Positions 28,792 to 41,619 of a DNA stretch of 64,000 nucleotides are shown in pieces. The stretch is from assembly GCA_051294375.1 (NCBI GenBank), contig CM119268.1, positions 18,492,005 through 18,556,004 on the forward strand, in the 5' to 3' direction. Made by a program: the position numbers and the translations under genes. The notes under the pieces were generated by a model. The model made no database searches and was not told where the DNA came from. It worked only from the letters and a program-made list of their open reading frames with translations. Position 1 is the stretch's first letter, and the number at the start of each line of letters is the position of its first letter. This DNA is from Paraspadella gotoi. Taxonomy: Eukaryota; Animalia; Chaetognatha.

Positions 28792-31731
28792 AGGGAGAGA
28801 GAAAGAGAGATTGTTCGGCGATGATGCTTCTTTCTCTTTACCTTGTGAATTTTCTTTTTTTTTCCTTTTCGTTTTAGGATTCGACCTCTGGGAACTTTTT
28901 TCAGTTCACCATTTTTATGCAGGATTCCAGGTTCGCAGTCTTTTTCCTCTCCTGTCGAAGGTCAAAGGTCACTCTTTTTGTGATGGTGATGAGATTTACG
29001 CTTCCCGTGACTCTCACCTCGTCCGCCATCTTTGCGACGAGAAGATATAGAGGTTCACATTTTTTTTTTGAATGTTATCTTTGCGGTTTCTCGGTTTTGC
29101 TCTTTTTTTACGGGGGGGGGGTGTTCGTTCGTTTTTAGCGTTTCTTAATGGCGTTATCAACGTCTCTATGGGAATGACGGTTTTTTCTTTCAATTTTCCT
29201 TTTTAGTTTTGTTTATGTTAACGAGGTTGACAATTTTTCTGTCAGACTTGAACGATAATTTCCCGACTTTTAGACTTTTTCCCGCTAAAAATTCCTTTTT
29301 TTTTCATTTTTAAAATTTTCAAAATTTGTTTAAAAGTTTTTTTTTTTCTTGGTTGAAGTCAAACTCGATGTAAAAAAAAAATAAAAAAAAATTAGAGACA
29401 AAAAGAAAAAAAGAAAAACTCAAACGGGGGAGGAGAGAAGGAAGAAAAAAAAGAAGCAATGATGATACAGTACCTTTTCNNNNNNNNNNATCTTACAACA
29501 ATCTCGCTAGAGAGACAATTGTTTGTATCCAAAATTTTTAAAATTGAACTCTTTTTAAAGGAACAATGGTATCATAGCTTTTTTACAACTTTTCAAAATA
29601 ACATAAAAAATATAAATAATTTTTTAATTTTTTTTACGTCATTTTATAGCTTCAACTTAGGACGACTTTCAATAAAAATTTTAATTATTTTGGGTTAATA
29701 CTTTTAAGACTAGATGAGAAATAATTTTTAAAAAATTTAGGGCTTGGAGCGCAAAATTTTGAAATTTCTTAAAATCCGTCAGGTGGGCAATAAACCAATT
29801 ATTCCCGCATCTGATCCTCGAATATAAAGAAATTTTAGCCCATATTTCGAGAGTTATGAGAGCCCTGAACTTCGTGGAGTCTAGAGAAAAGTTACTGTAT
29901 GTATTAGAGAAGAAAAAAAAAGAAAAGAAAGTGAAGCAAAGAAAGAAAAGAAAAGAAAAAAGAAAAGAGAACTAAGAAAATAAGAGGGAGCGAGTCGAAA
30001 TTTGGAAGAGAGAAAAAGCGAGATTAGGCTGAGCAAAAAAAAAATATATAAAAAGATGAATTCCAAACAGAGAGAGAGAGAGATAAGCTCTGAGGCGAAC
30101 TCCTCTGGGGGGGAAAAAGTCTGAACCACTAGTCTCTCAGAAATTTAGTGGCGGAGATAAAGAGATAAACAAAAAGATCGAATTATATACATAGAAGCTC
30201 ATGAAATTCGATAACTTGTAAGCCTTTAACGGATTTAACTATTTATGTAAATGTAATTCCTATGAGCATATAAAAATATTTTGGAAGATAAAAGGCATCA
30301 TTGGGTTGATAAAATATCGATTTCGTCGAAGTTAAAAGTGAATTTATTTTCGACGACAAATATAAACCAAAATTTGAGAGAAAAAAATGGAAGAAAAATG
30401 GAAGAAAAAATGGAAGAAAACTTTGAAAGGATGGGAAGTAAACTGGAAGAAGTGAGGAAAGAAAATGTGAAGGGATTAGAAAAGTGAGATTAGCGTCTTG
30501 TGACCCGAGAGTCTATTTTTTTCCGGGGAGGAGAGGAGAAGGAGGAGAGGAGAAGGAGGGGGGGAAAAAGGGAAAAGGGGTGAGAAGGACTGTGGGGAAT
30601 AGAGGGCAGAGTGAAATTGTGGGCAGAAAATGGTCGCTGTGGGAAGGGATTGATAAAGGGCAGTTAAATCGAAATTGAAGAGTCATTTTCAAGTGAAATA
30701 AAAATTGAAGTACGAAGTATAATTAAAATTGTAAAAATGAAATAAATTAAAATAAAATGGATAATTTTTATATTGGTTGTACTAATTTCATAAGATAGAA
30801 AATGAATAATAATTTTCAATAAAAGATTCAACTCGATCGAGAATTCCTCTCTACATTCATCTTCTCCGATTTGTTCTTCCAATTTGCGTTCAAAGTTGTT
30901 TTTTTTTTCTCGCTCGTTCCATCGACTTCGACCACATCTGCAACCACTACACATTAGAACTACCTCTCCACCCACACTTCAACAACTTCTCCACCCACAC
31001 TCCATCCTATTCTCCACCCACACCTCAACCCACACCTGAATCACTTATCTACCCACTCACTCTCTGTTAGTCTTTTGTTGTTTTTTTTGTTTCATTTTTT
31101 TTCTACTTCTGGGTCTTCATTTTTTTTTCATTATTTTAGTCGGACTCGAAAATTTTTGTTTTGACATCTGATGCGACTTATTCTTTCATCAGCGTTTTTT
31201 TTTTGGTTTTTTTTTTTGTTCTCCCTTTCCATTTTTGTTCCTGCCTTTCATTATTTGTTTCTCCCTTTTCTTTTTTGTTTCTCTCTTTTCTTTTTTGTTC
31301 CTCCGTTTCCTTTTTTTGTTGCTTCCTTTCCTTTTCTGTTTTTACATTTCCTGTTTTTGTTCCTTCTTTTCCATTTGGTTCCTCCCTTTCATTTTTTGTT
31401 CCTGCCAATCCTTTTATGTTCCTCCCTTTCATTTTTTGTTCCTGTCAATCCTTTTATGTTCTTCCCTTTCTTTCCTTTTCCTTCAACAATCCAGGAAGCA
31501 TTAAAACCATATTAAAACATCTCGCTACGAAATGTAAATAATGACTGTTCGTCTGTCCATCTGTCCGTCTGTGCGAAAAGGCCTTCTGTACGATTATAAT
31601 AGAATATAATGATATAACATAATAGCATGGTTTAGATTACTATACGACACAAAAAAGTAATGTTCTATGTTTTCTATTATGTTCCGATTATTCTCGTTCC
31701 CTTTTGTCCTTGTTATTAGTCTCTTCTTCTT

Positions 31732-31762
<31 letters not shown>

Positions 31763-31955
31763 TCTTTTTCTTCTTCTTCTTCTTCTTCTTCTTCTTCTTC
31801 TTCTTCTTGTTCTTCTTGTTCTTCTTGTTCTTGTTCTTCTTCTTTTTCCTCCTTCTCTTCCTCCTCAACCCATAATCGTATCGACGTCGGGAGAAAAAAA
31901 ACAATTGTTTTAATTTTCTTCGGAAAGAAATAAAGAAATATCGACAACGATGAAA

Positions 31956-32013
<58 letters not shown>

Positions 32014-32333
32014 GTTCTTTTCTCTTCTCCATATGCTAAGAGCTAATGAAAAAATCTTTCATTCTTTCATTTGCCCATCAGCGGCCGTCGTCTCTCTTTT
32101 CAGTCTCGCCACCATTTCCCGCTTATCATTTCCTCGCTGGTTCCGCTCAACAACCGATAAGCAGATGCAAGCAGATGCAAGCGGATGCAAGCGGATGCAA
32201 GCAGAAGCGCGAGAGAGGCGCCACGTGAGAGAGACTCCGATTAACTGCCAATGATCGGTTCATCCTTCCGTAAGTTAATTTGTTTTGGTCTCTCGAGGAG
32301 AAAGGAGTCTTTTTAAATTTTGTTCCTTTTCAT

Positions 32334-32760
32334 GAAATTGGTACAACCGATCTAAAAATTATCCCTTCATTGAATAAATGAGCTATCTTTACAAAGGGGT
32401 GAACTTAGGCAGAGATTTTTTGTTAAATAGGTAATAGACAATTTTTTGGTTTACCTAGTAGTTAACTGAATAAAAGTAGGCAATTTTTAATTGAGGAAAG
32501 GATCTTTAAAACTAAGATATAACTGATAAACTTATGATCTAATTTGCCAAGATTTAAAACGGAAATGTTATCTTTAATAATTTAAAGCCAAATGATATTN
32601 NNNNNNNNNTAATCAGGCAAAATATTACCTAAGTTCACCCCTTAGTCAGGGTAAAGAATCTTTACCCTGACTTTGGATGGGATCTGTTGGGCGAAGGCCT
32701 CCACCTCTCTTACAAGTTTTCAATCCAGACTCTTTCACAGTCTAATTTATATCAATGAAT
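32334..32760 (+). repeat. Repeat family X, copy 2 (interrupted)
   Basis: GAAATTGGTACAACC..AGCTATCTTTAC, then the insert, then resumption at TCTTTACCCTGACTTTGG..AAGGCCTCCA..CAATCCAGACTCT. Confidence 0.75.
32394..32643. mobile_element. MITE nested in repeat X
   Basis: Terminal inverted repeats AAGGGGTGAACTTAGG / CCTAAGTTCACCCCTT. Contains a small N gap. Confidence 0.75.
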
Positions 32761-33169
32761 AACCATATAAATGAAGGGGCATAATGTTTTTTTTTCTGTT
32801 TTTTAAATTTATTAATTTCTTTTGTCTGTTTGACTGTTTAATCACAAAAAGGTTTTTCTTGTACCAATCATAACTAACAACCACAATTTTCCTCCACAAT
32901 CAAGTAATTACGACATCGAAATTAACGACTCGAACCGTCAACATTAGCAACGAGATCAGCGCCGAAACCGTCAACCGCCCACGCCTCCTCGCCGACGGCG
33001 TCGTCGGCGTTCGCCGGGCGGCGTCGTTCGCGCGCCATCGCGCCCGGCGTCGTTAAGCGTCGACTCGCGCCATCTCACGCGCGCGACTGGCGTCTCGCGC
33101 CATTGCGTCGGTTTAATTAGGCGCCGATGCGTTTACCGTCGTCGGCTGGGAGAGACGGATGTCTCGGCT

Positions 33170-33590
33170 TGGGTGGAGAAGAGTGTCGGAGAGTGTCGGC
33201 GAGTGTCGACAAGAGTCGGGAAGTGTTAGGGAGTGTCGGCAAATGTCAACTAGTGTCTGCGAGTGTTGTGGAATCTCCATGCATGTCAGCCAGAGGCAGA
33301 GAGTATCAGTTGGTGTTGCTGTGTGTCGACAAATATCAGCGAATGTTGGGGAGTATTAACGAGTGGTGGCTAGTGTTGGGTAGTGTTTACTAGTGTTGGT
33401 GAGTGTCGGCTAATGTTGGTGAGTGTCAGACGGAGGCGGAGATTGGCAGGGGATGCCGGCCAATGTCGGTGTTGATGAGTTTCGCCGAATAATGGTGAGT
33501 GTCGGCGAGAGTTGGTGAGTGTTGGCAAATGTCGGTGAGTATTAGCTAATATTAGTGAGTGTCGGATATTGTGGACCAGAGTTGGCAGGC
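33170..33590. repeat. Degenerate ~10/20-bp minisatellite (GAGTGTCGGC / TGGTGAGTGT)
   Basis: Many GAGTGT(C/T)GG units in tandem. Confidence 0.8.
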
Positions 33591-33830
33591 GGCGCCGGAT
33601 GAACAGAGGGCGTTTTAAATTGTTGGAGCTTCGTTGTTTCTAGGAAATTTTATGTTTTAGTGGTTTTCTTATCGTCTGGTTGTCGTCGTCGTCGTCTGGG
33701 TTGTCTTCATCGTCGTCGTTGTTTCTTTCAATGTTGTCTTTTGGTTGTTCCTCGTCCTGGCGTCGGCTGCCACAAAGTCGACCAGGATTAAAAGATGCAA
33801 GAGTTCATCCGGTAGACGAGTCAACCTCGC

Positions 33831-33885
<55 letters not shown>

Positions 33886-34234
33886 AGCTGAAAATAGAAA
33901 CAAGAGCCAAGCGAAAAGAAATATGAAGAGAGGAACTGGCTGGAGGCTGAGAGTGTGAAATGGCTTTTATAATATGTGAGAAGTTAGAATCGAAGTGAAA
34001 TAGTTGTGATAGGATGTCATCGTCGATTTAATAAAAATGTTAAAAAAGGAAATCATTAAATCATTAAAAAAAAGTATTACAACAAGTTTTAATTACATGT
34101 TTATAAGATTTTAAAATATTTTCAACATATAATGAATCCGCCTCCTGAAAGTTTGCACACACAAAAAAAATATAGGGAGTGGTCTTTTCATACAAATTAA
34201 AACATTTTTTTGAAATATATACCACTTCATTGAT

Positions 34235-35073
34235 AGGGAAGCCAGGTTCACTGTAAGTGAATAAACAAGTCTGTTAGAGAGGCTTGATTAAAAGCTTGCA
34301 GAAACCTGTTATGTTATTATCTTGCAAGTGTGATGGAGGCCTTAAACCACAAAGCCTGTCCAATAGGGTGGAGTGATGAAAAGATTGAGTGATTGAACAT
34401 TATTTTTTTGCTGCCTATGGACATATAATTAATAAATTTTTAATCCTTTTAAAAAATTTTTTAGCATAACAGTATAGCAAATTCAAATTTTTATGTAGTA
34501 ATATCCTTATAAAAATCGTCAAATTTCAAAATATTTTTTTTTTTATTTTTAAGAACTGATTTGGATTCGCTGTTAAAAACTAAGAAACTTTTATAAAAAT
34601 ATGTTATATGATATTTTTTAATGTTTAGATCACAAAAAAATGACTAAAACGTTTTAACATATATAAGTTTCTACTACAGAGAATAAAAAGTCAACAATTT
34701 TCACCCTTTTTTTCTTATTTTAAACATTGAAGATGAGCAAAGATTTTTGATAACATGTTTTATATTTTTGATTCAACTTTTTATGAGAATCTGAATCTTT
34801 AATAAAAGTTTTATAAAAATTTTTTTTTAAAATTTACTATTTTATAAGGATATACTACAAATATATTATATTTTACTATTCTGTTCCCGAGATAATATGA
34901 ACAAAAATTTTTGTTGTACTAGTTATCATACATCTCACATCTAAATATCATTGTTCGATCATTCAAATAAATTTTTTGTGTCTGAGTGCTCCACTCTATC
35001 TGTCCAACAGTCAGGACAAGTAGCTTATTTATTAAATGGATGTGGTAATTTTTATATTGGTTGTACCAATTTC
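34235..35073 (-). repeat. Repeat family X, copy 3 (split by a MITE)
   Basis: Reverse complement of the family X consensus on both sides of the 34364-34998 insert, ending TTGGTTGTACCAATTTCA. Confidence 0.8.
34364..34998. mobile_element. hAT-like MITE
   Basis: TIRs TAGGGTGGAG / CTCCACTCTA, an AT-rich partly palindromic interior, and flanking direct repeat CTGTCCAA (34356-34363 and 35000-35007). Confidence 0.75.
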
Positions 35074-37029
35074 ATATTACCATTTCGAAGACTTCTTACT
35101 AACTCTTTTCTTTCGTTTGTCAATGTACACCTCTTTTATTTTCTTTCCGTACCTCAATTCCTCTGACCGTCTGAACGTCAACGTCTGACTCTCAACGTTT
35201 TCAAAACAACTCGGAAGCCAAAAAGCGACCATACAATTTGTGAGAGAAAGTGAGACGCCTGTCAACCAATCGAATCATTTTCGACTAACATATTTTGCTC
35301 AGACCCAAAAAGTCAAATTCGATATCATAACAGAACGCGAAGGAGAAATAAGGAAAGCGGGGCGAAGAGGGGGGGGGGTAAAGTTGTGGATTAGGGGATC
35401 GTCGCCCGCGAAACGAGGAGTATGAATGGCAAAGGCAACTGAAAAGATGCCATCGATGTGTTGCTATGGCGACTGGAGAATGTTATTTAAAACTAGCGGT
35501 TGTCAATAGGTGAAAAGTCAGCGGCGAAAGAAAGAGGGACTTTTTCTTGAACAAAATGGAAATGAGGAAAGACAAGAAAACAAAGGGAATTGAAATGAAA
35601 TATGAATTGAACATGCACATTAGTTGAAAGAAAGGAAAGGAGGTTTAAATAAGAAAAGAAAAAAAATAAGATGAGATGATAAGTTGTGATCACTGATAAG
35701 TGAGTAATAGTGATTTAGTATGAGCAGTGTTCATTTTTATTGATCAGTCGGCCGTGAGCGGTGCAAAAGAGCTGTGAGAATCTCGTCGATGTCCAACTCA
35801 CGCAAATTGACTTTCGATTTTCTCGTGATATTCGATTGAGCGAGAAATTCACGCGACGGAATCACGAAAATGAGATTCAAGTGAGAAAAAATTTCTGTGA
35901 ATACTGGCGAAGAAAATCGTGAAATAAAAAGAAAATAATTGAATTGCGCCCTACCTATGCCTTGCTGCTTTGGTGAGCCAACTTTTTGTATGTATTCTTT
36001 CTTGTAAAGAGTGAAATAAGACGATATTCATTTTATGCTTAATAACTTAATTACTAAATAAGTGAGAGAGAACGACGCGTTTCCATCCTTTCCTCGTTTG
36101 TTTATGTACGTCAGAAAGGCGGATGAGGGTTTTATCAGATTTTTTCACGCCCATCACAAGGATTTTATTCTGAAATGATCGTAAAAAAATATCAACTGTC
36201 GGATTCCAACTGGCAGCGTCTGTAGCAAGCGACTGTAAATACAATGCGCAATAAATTCCCATTGCGAAAACGTTAATATCGTAATAAATATTTTGCTCTG
36301 AGGATAACTTGTCATGCGAGATATAAAATTACCAAATGAATGTAACTTGCATGAACACCGAATGATCACTAACACTAAAATGTCTGTCAGCTTTACATAA
36401 CAAGACCTTTTAATTGTCCACTGCACTGTATGGTAGGAGTTTTACATTAGAAGATCTCTATAATGTTAACTCGCATTGTATGGAATCAGCTCTGTAATGT
36501 CAACTTTCATTGGAAAAGAAACCGAAGCTTGAGATCGTCTCACGCTTTCCTTTCATCTTCGCCGCAAGTCTCTCATTTTTCCCGCTGTCGTTTTTCCCAT
36601 TTCGAATTTCCCTGCTCTCTCTCTCTCTCTCTCTCTCTCTGATCTCCTCATCTCTCGTCTCTCTCTCTCTCATTCTCTCTCTCCTCTCTCTTTCATCTCT
36701 CTCTTCTTCTTCTTTTCTCTCTCGCCAATTCAATATAATAATAATTGACATATAGATAAATAAAAAACAAGTAAAACTTAAACTAAAACAAACTTGTATA
36801 ATATTGAATAATTGTATGTTTAAACTGTTCATGTTTCTATTAAAGATGTCTTGAAGCAAGCATCGCGAAAATTCCCACTTTCCTCCGACTTTTTTCATAA
36901 TGACGTCGCTTTTCTTCCTTCGCCCTAATTTTACCTTTTCAGCCTTTTTAAAACTTTCCCATTTTTCTCTATTTTTTCCATTTTTTTCCTTACCCTTTTT
37001 AGCGAGGACTAAATAGCTACTGCCTGGGG

Positions 37030-37074
<45 letters not shown>

Positions 37075-37561
37075 CTTTCTCTCATTCTCTTTGTATGTAT
37101 CACATCTAAAAACCGAATTTATTGCTTATTGTTTTATTCCCAAAACGAAAATAATGCGATCCTAACTTGGCTATTTCAGATGCGAACAGAATCACACACA
37201 CAAAAAAAGCTATTTTTATAAAACTTTAATGAAAACTGCTTAGGGAACAAAAATCTTATTTCCCCCCCCCCCGTGTCGTTTTGGATATTTTTTTCAATTT
37301 ACTCAATCGTTCATAGTTATTATCTATTATTGTTTAAAACTTAAAATATATTATTTTCTTGTTTATCATACCACAATAAAATAGACCAATATCAATCGTT
37401 CTTTGGCCCAAACGATTCTGTTTTCGACGTCGCGAAAAAAAATTGATTCCAAAGGAAAGAAGACCCGGTTTCCATTTTCTTTTTAAGGAAGGAGGGCGCG
37501 GAGTGAGAACTGCTGACTCTGCAATTTCTTATATTTTTATCGATGTCGTCGAATTATTATT

Positions 37562-37614
<53 letters not shown>

Positions 37615-38430
37615 TATCGTAAAATAATTTTTGACTTCCGTTCTTTTTTTTCTCTTCATTTTTTCACAATGTAATCACAGTGGAATTACCGCCAAAAAAA
37701 AAAAAACGAAAAAAAAACTTATATTAAACTAAATTTTAAACATTATTATAAATATAAAGAAATTCTTCCGCGATAAACTTAAATTTTTTTTTAGTCCCAA
37801 ATAATGTATTGTCATTTCCTATTCCCATTCCTCACCCAATAAACCTTGATTGCAAAACTGTAATGATCCCACTCTCCCGACCTCCGCTCAGCCGACGATC
37901 TCCTCCAATTTACCTTCCCCTTACCTTCTTCCTAATACCGCTCTGCCTCACCCCAAATCCTACCTCTCAATCCGCAGCGACCACGCGGCTGCTGACGGCG
38001 TCGTTGGTGCCAGACGGGAAATCGTAGTCGTAGTTAAGGCGAAGCGAAAGTATCGTCATTTAAGCCGCGGCGGCGCAGCGGCGCAGCTCGAGATTTTTTT
38101 TTTCCTCTCGCCTTACTTTCAATCCCTGCGGCCTTATTACATGCCATCCCATAACCACGTTACGTACATCCTTGCGCCGTAACGATCTTCACTCGCGATC
38201 GCCATGACAAACGTCGGGAACAACGTCGACCGCAACAGGGAATCGCTTCGTCGTCTTTGTTATCCATCAATCCGTCCATCCAATGAATTCTTTTCATTCT
38301 AGACGGACAATTGTACATTTGCCGAATCGAGGAATCTTCTGCTCTGTCCTTCGTCATTCTTGGCCAATTCGTTCGCCATTTTTTCTCATATTTTATTATC
38401 TTTTACCATTTTTTGGTCATCCATCTTCAG

Positions 38431-39002
38431 TAAGGCGTAGTGAAATTTTTAAATTTAGCTTTAATTAAAAATCTAAAAGTGAGGAACGAACAACATATAT
38501 TAATGAACATGTTATGTAATAAAAAAATTTTTAATAATTTTACAATTTACGCAGTAGGCCATATTTATACTAGTACTAAACCAATAAATGTTAAAATTTC
38601 AAAAACAGTTTTTTCTTAAGATTTTTTTGCAGATTCGGATTCGTCATAAAAAGTTGATATAAAGAAATATAACTCTTTTTGAAAATTCCTTCATTAAGTG
38701 GGTCAAAAATTAGAAAAAGCTATATTATAGCTGAAAAATTAACTTTTTATATTATTAATGAAAGAATTTTTAAAAAATGATTTATATTTTCTTTTATCAA
38801 CTTTTGACGAGAATTCAAATCTGCAATCAAATTTAAGAAAAGCTTATTTTGAAATTTTTCGATTTTAATAAGGATAGTACTAATATATAAATATAGCCTA
38901 CTGCAAAATTAAAAAACATAAAATTATTTTTTTACAAATTAATGTTCACTGATGGTATGTTGTTCATGAATTAACTTTTAGAATTTTCGTATGTAACTTT
39001 CA
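38431..39002 (+). mobile_element. hAT-like MITE family B, copy 1 (right TIR truncated)
   Basis: Starts TAAGGCGTAGTGAAA and is highly similar along ~570 bp to 42424-43005. Confidence 0.85.
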
Positions 39003-39044
39003 GTCATCTTTTGCCGTCTTAAACATCTTAAGCCAAAATTTGTT

Positions 39045-39300
39045 CGGTATATCATGGCATCTTTTTCGATCTTTTGTCATCTTTTGTCATCTTTGTCCAT
39101 CTTTAGCGATATTATGCCTTCTTTGTCTATCTTTTGCCATCTTTTACCACCTTTTGCCATCTTTGTCCGTATTTTATCATCTTTGCCTTTATTTTGTCAT
39201 CTTTGTCCATCTTTTGCTATCTTTTGCCATCTTCGTCCATCTTTTGCCATTTTTATCCATCTTTTTCCATCTTTGTCCATCTTAAACCATCTTTTCCCCT
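39045..39300. repeat. 10-bp minisatellite (CCATCTTTTG / CCATCTTTGT)
   Basis: About 25 degenerate tandem units. Confidence 0.85.
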
Positions 39301-39425
39301 TCTTTTTCTATCGTTTCCTTTTCTAATGCAGTCTTCCGCTCCAGTCTTTCTCACGCTGTATTGCTCAATCTTGTGCACAGATATGTGGATATTATGGATC
39401 AAAAGCTATAAACGCTAATGGCCCT

Positions 39426-39482
<57 letters not shown>

Positions 39483-40427
39483 AATGCCTTCAGACGTCGG
39501 CCCAGTTTAATCCTTGTTTTCTGCTTTCCCCAAACAAATCTTTCCTGCTCTAATTTGCCAAATATTTTTTTTCAAATTTTCTTTTTAATTTTAGTTCTTC
39601 TATAAAAATCACGTTTCTCTGCTCAACAGCAAGTTGTGAATTGTTTTAAATTTCTCTAAAAGTCTAAATTGTTTTTTACCGAATTCTTTCTGCTCCCCAA
39701 TCTCCTCCACCTCAATCCCTGTCGGCCATCTTTTCCAAAAATAACCAATTTCAGCTGAAATTCTAAATTAAATTTATTTAGGTTTAAAGATCAGGTTTAA
39801 GATTTATTATATGGATTATACCAGGAAGAAAGGTTACAGAATCGGTAAAAGGCTTGGATTTGGTAAATGTTTTGATTAAGGAGTAAGCTTAAGTAGAAAT
39901 CCACTATGAAATTAATTTCAATAGGGCGGGGGTTCAAAACCTTGTTAGTCTTGAAGTCTACTTTTAGGTAAAAAAGAATTTTTTTAAAAAAGTTTAATTT
40001 TTATGCTTTTATTGTTGCTATTAAAATTAAATATTACTATATAATGATAAAAAATTTTTTTTAATCAATCTTAACTTTTTTTGATGGATTCTGATAGAGC
40101 ATAAAGTTAAAAATAAAAAAATTTAACTACAAATTTCCAAAATATTTATGTTTTCTTGGTCAAAAATTAAGGAAAAAGTAATAAAATTATCAAAAAATGA
40201 TGTGAGATGATTATAAATAGTTTTTCATATTTTTACATACTTTATGATCAAAATATCAAAAAAAGAATTATACTTTGTGTAGACAACTTTTTGCAAGCTA
40301 CCTGAATCTGATCTTAAAATAATAAAAAATCAAAAAAAAATTTTTAGCCTTTCCTATTTATAAATAAATATTAGTTAGAAATAAGTTTGAGTTTATTTTG
40401 CAACAAAGATTTTTATTAGTACATAAG

Positions 40428-40471
40428 GACGTACATGTTTCGGCTTTAGTTAGCAAGCCTTCTTTAGCGTC
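40428..40471 (-). ncRNA. Minimal type I hammerhead ribozyme (core variant CUAAAGA)
   Basis: The minus strand reads GACG CTAAAGA AGGCTT GCTAACTA AAGCC GAAA CATG TA CGTC: stem I GACG/CGTC, stem II GGCTT/AAGCC, palindromic stem III ACATGT and a GUA cleavage triplet. G5 is changed to A. Confidence 0.7.
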
Positions 40472-40527
40472 ATAGAGAAAATTGTTTTTGTGAACTTTTA
40501 CAAATTATTTGTGCAAAGGAAGTAGTA

Positions 40528-40558
<31 letters not shown>

Positions 40559-41498
40559 TTAAGGGCAAAGTTTCCAACACAGAGTGAGAAAAGAATAGTG
40601 GTCAGATGTCAAGGTGAGACAGATTGAGTTAGACTGTGAAAAGAAATTAAATGTGTGAAAAATTTTAGAGAGAGGGAGAGAGACAGAGAGAGAGAGGAAG
40701 AAAAGGAACATTAGTAACAATACATTGTGCAATGTACAGACAAGAAAATTGATTTAAACTAACAGTGAATAAATATTTTTAACATTAAACTACTTAATAA
40801 ATAATTGAGTATAAAACAGTGAAATTGAAATGTGAAAGGAAAGAGAGAATTAAGTTTAGAGATATTAATGTGGAAAGTGAAATTTAAGAATTAAGAAAGC
40901 TTCAAATATGAGCTGGCCCCCTTTTGGTTGAAGCCAATGAGAGGTAGTGACGATGTGGTCCGAGTCATTGGCGCGTCAGTTGGCTGAGAGGTCATATCGA
41001 TATGAGCCTGTATGTGATGGACTGGGTAGGCTTCCTTGCGGCGAAGAGTCCAAAGTACCCTGATGTTCTTTGGCCTGGTACGCCTGTCGACTGCCCTCTT
41101 CTCGTCTGCTGGCGAGATGGGTGGTTGTCCGTTCTTGCCTTTTGAGCTCTTTCTTTAATTCTTAAATTTCACTTTCCTTTATTCTAAACTTATATATTCT
41201 TTCTTTCCACATTTCAATTTCACTGTTTTAATTACTCAATTTATTTTTAAGTAGTTTAATGTGTTAAAAATATTTATTTCACTGTTAGTTTAAATCATTT
41301 ATCTTTGTTGTACATTGCACAATGTATTGTTACTAATGTTTTTTTCTCTCTCTCTCTCTCTCTGTCTCTCTCCCTCTCTCTCAAAATTTTTCACCATTTA
41401 ATTTCTTTTTCAAGTCTAACTCAATCTGGTCTTCACCTTGACCTGTCCTCACATCTGACCACTATTCTTTTTCAACTCTGTGTTGGAACTTTGCCCTA

Positions 41499-41531
<33 letters not shown>

Positions 41532-41576
41532 TACTTTTCTAAATTTGTAAAAGTTCACAAAACAATTTTTCTCTAT

Positions 41577-41619
41577 GACGCTGAAGAAGGCTTGTAACTA
41601 AAGCGAAAGCATGTACGTC
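41577..41619 (+). ncRNA. Minimal type I hammerhead ribozyme
   Basis: GACG CTGAAGA AGGCTTGTAACTAAAGC GAAA GCATG TA CGTC: intact CUGANGA and GAAA boxes and stem I GACG/CGTC, with small indels in stems II and III relative to the left copy. Confidence 0.75.
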
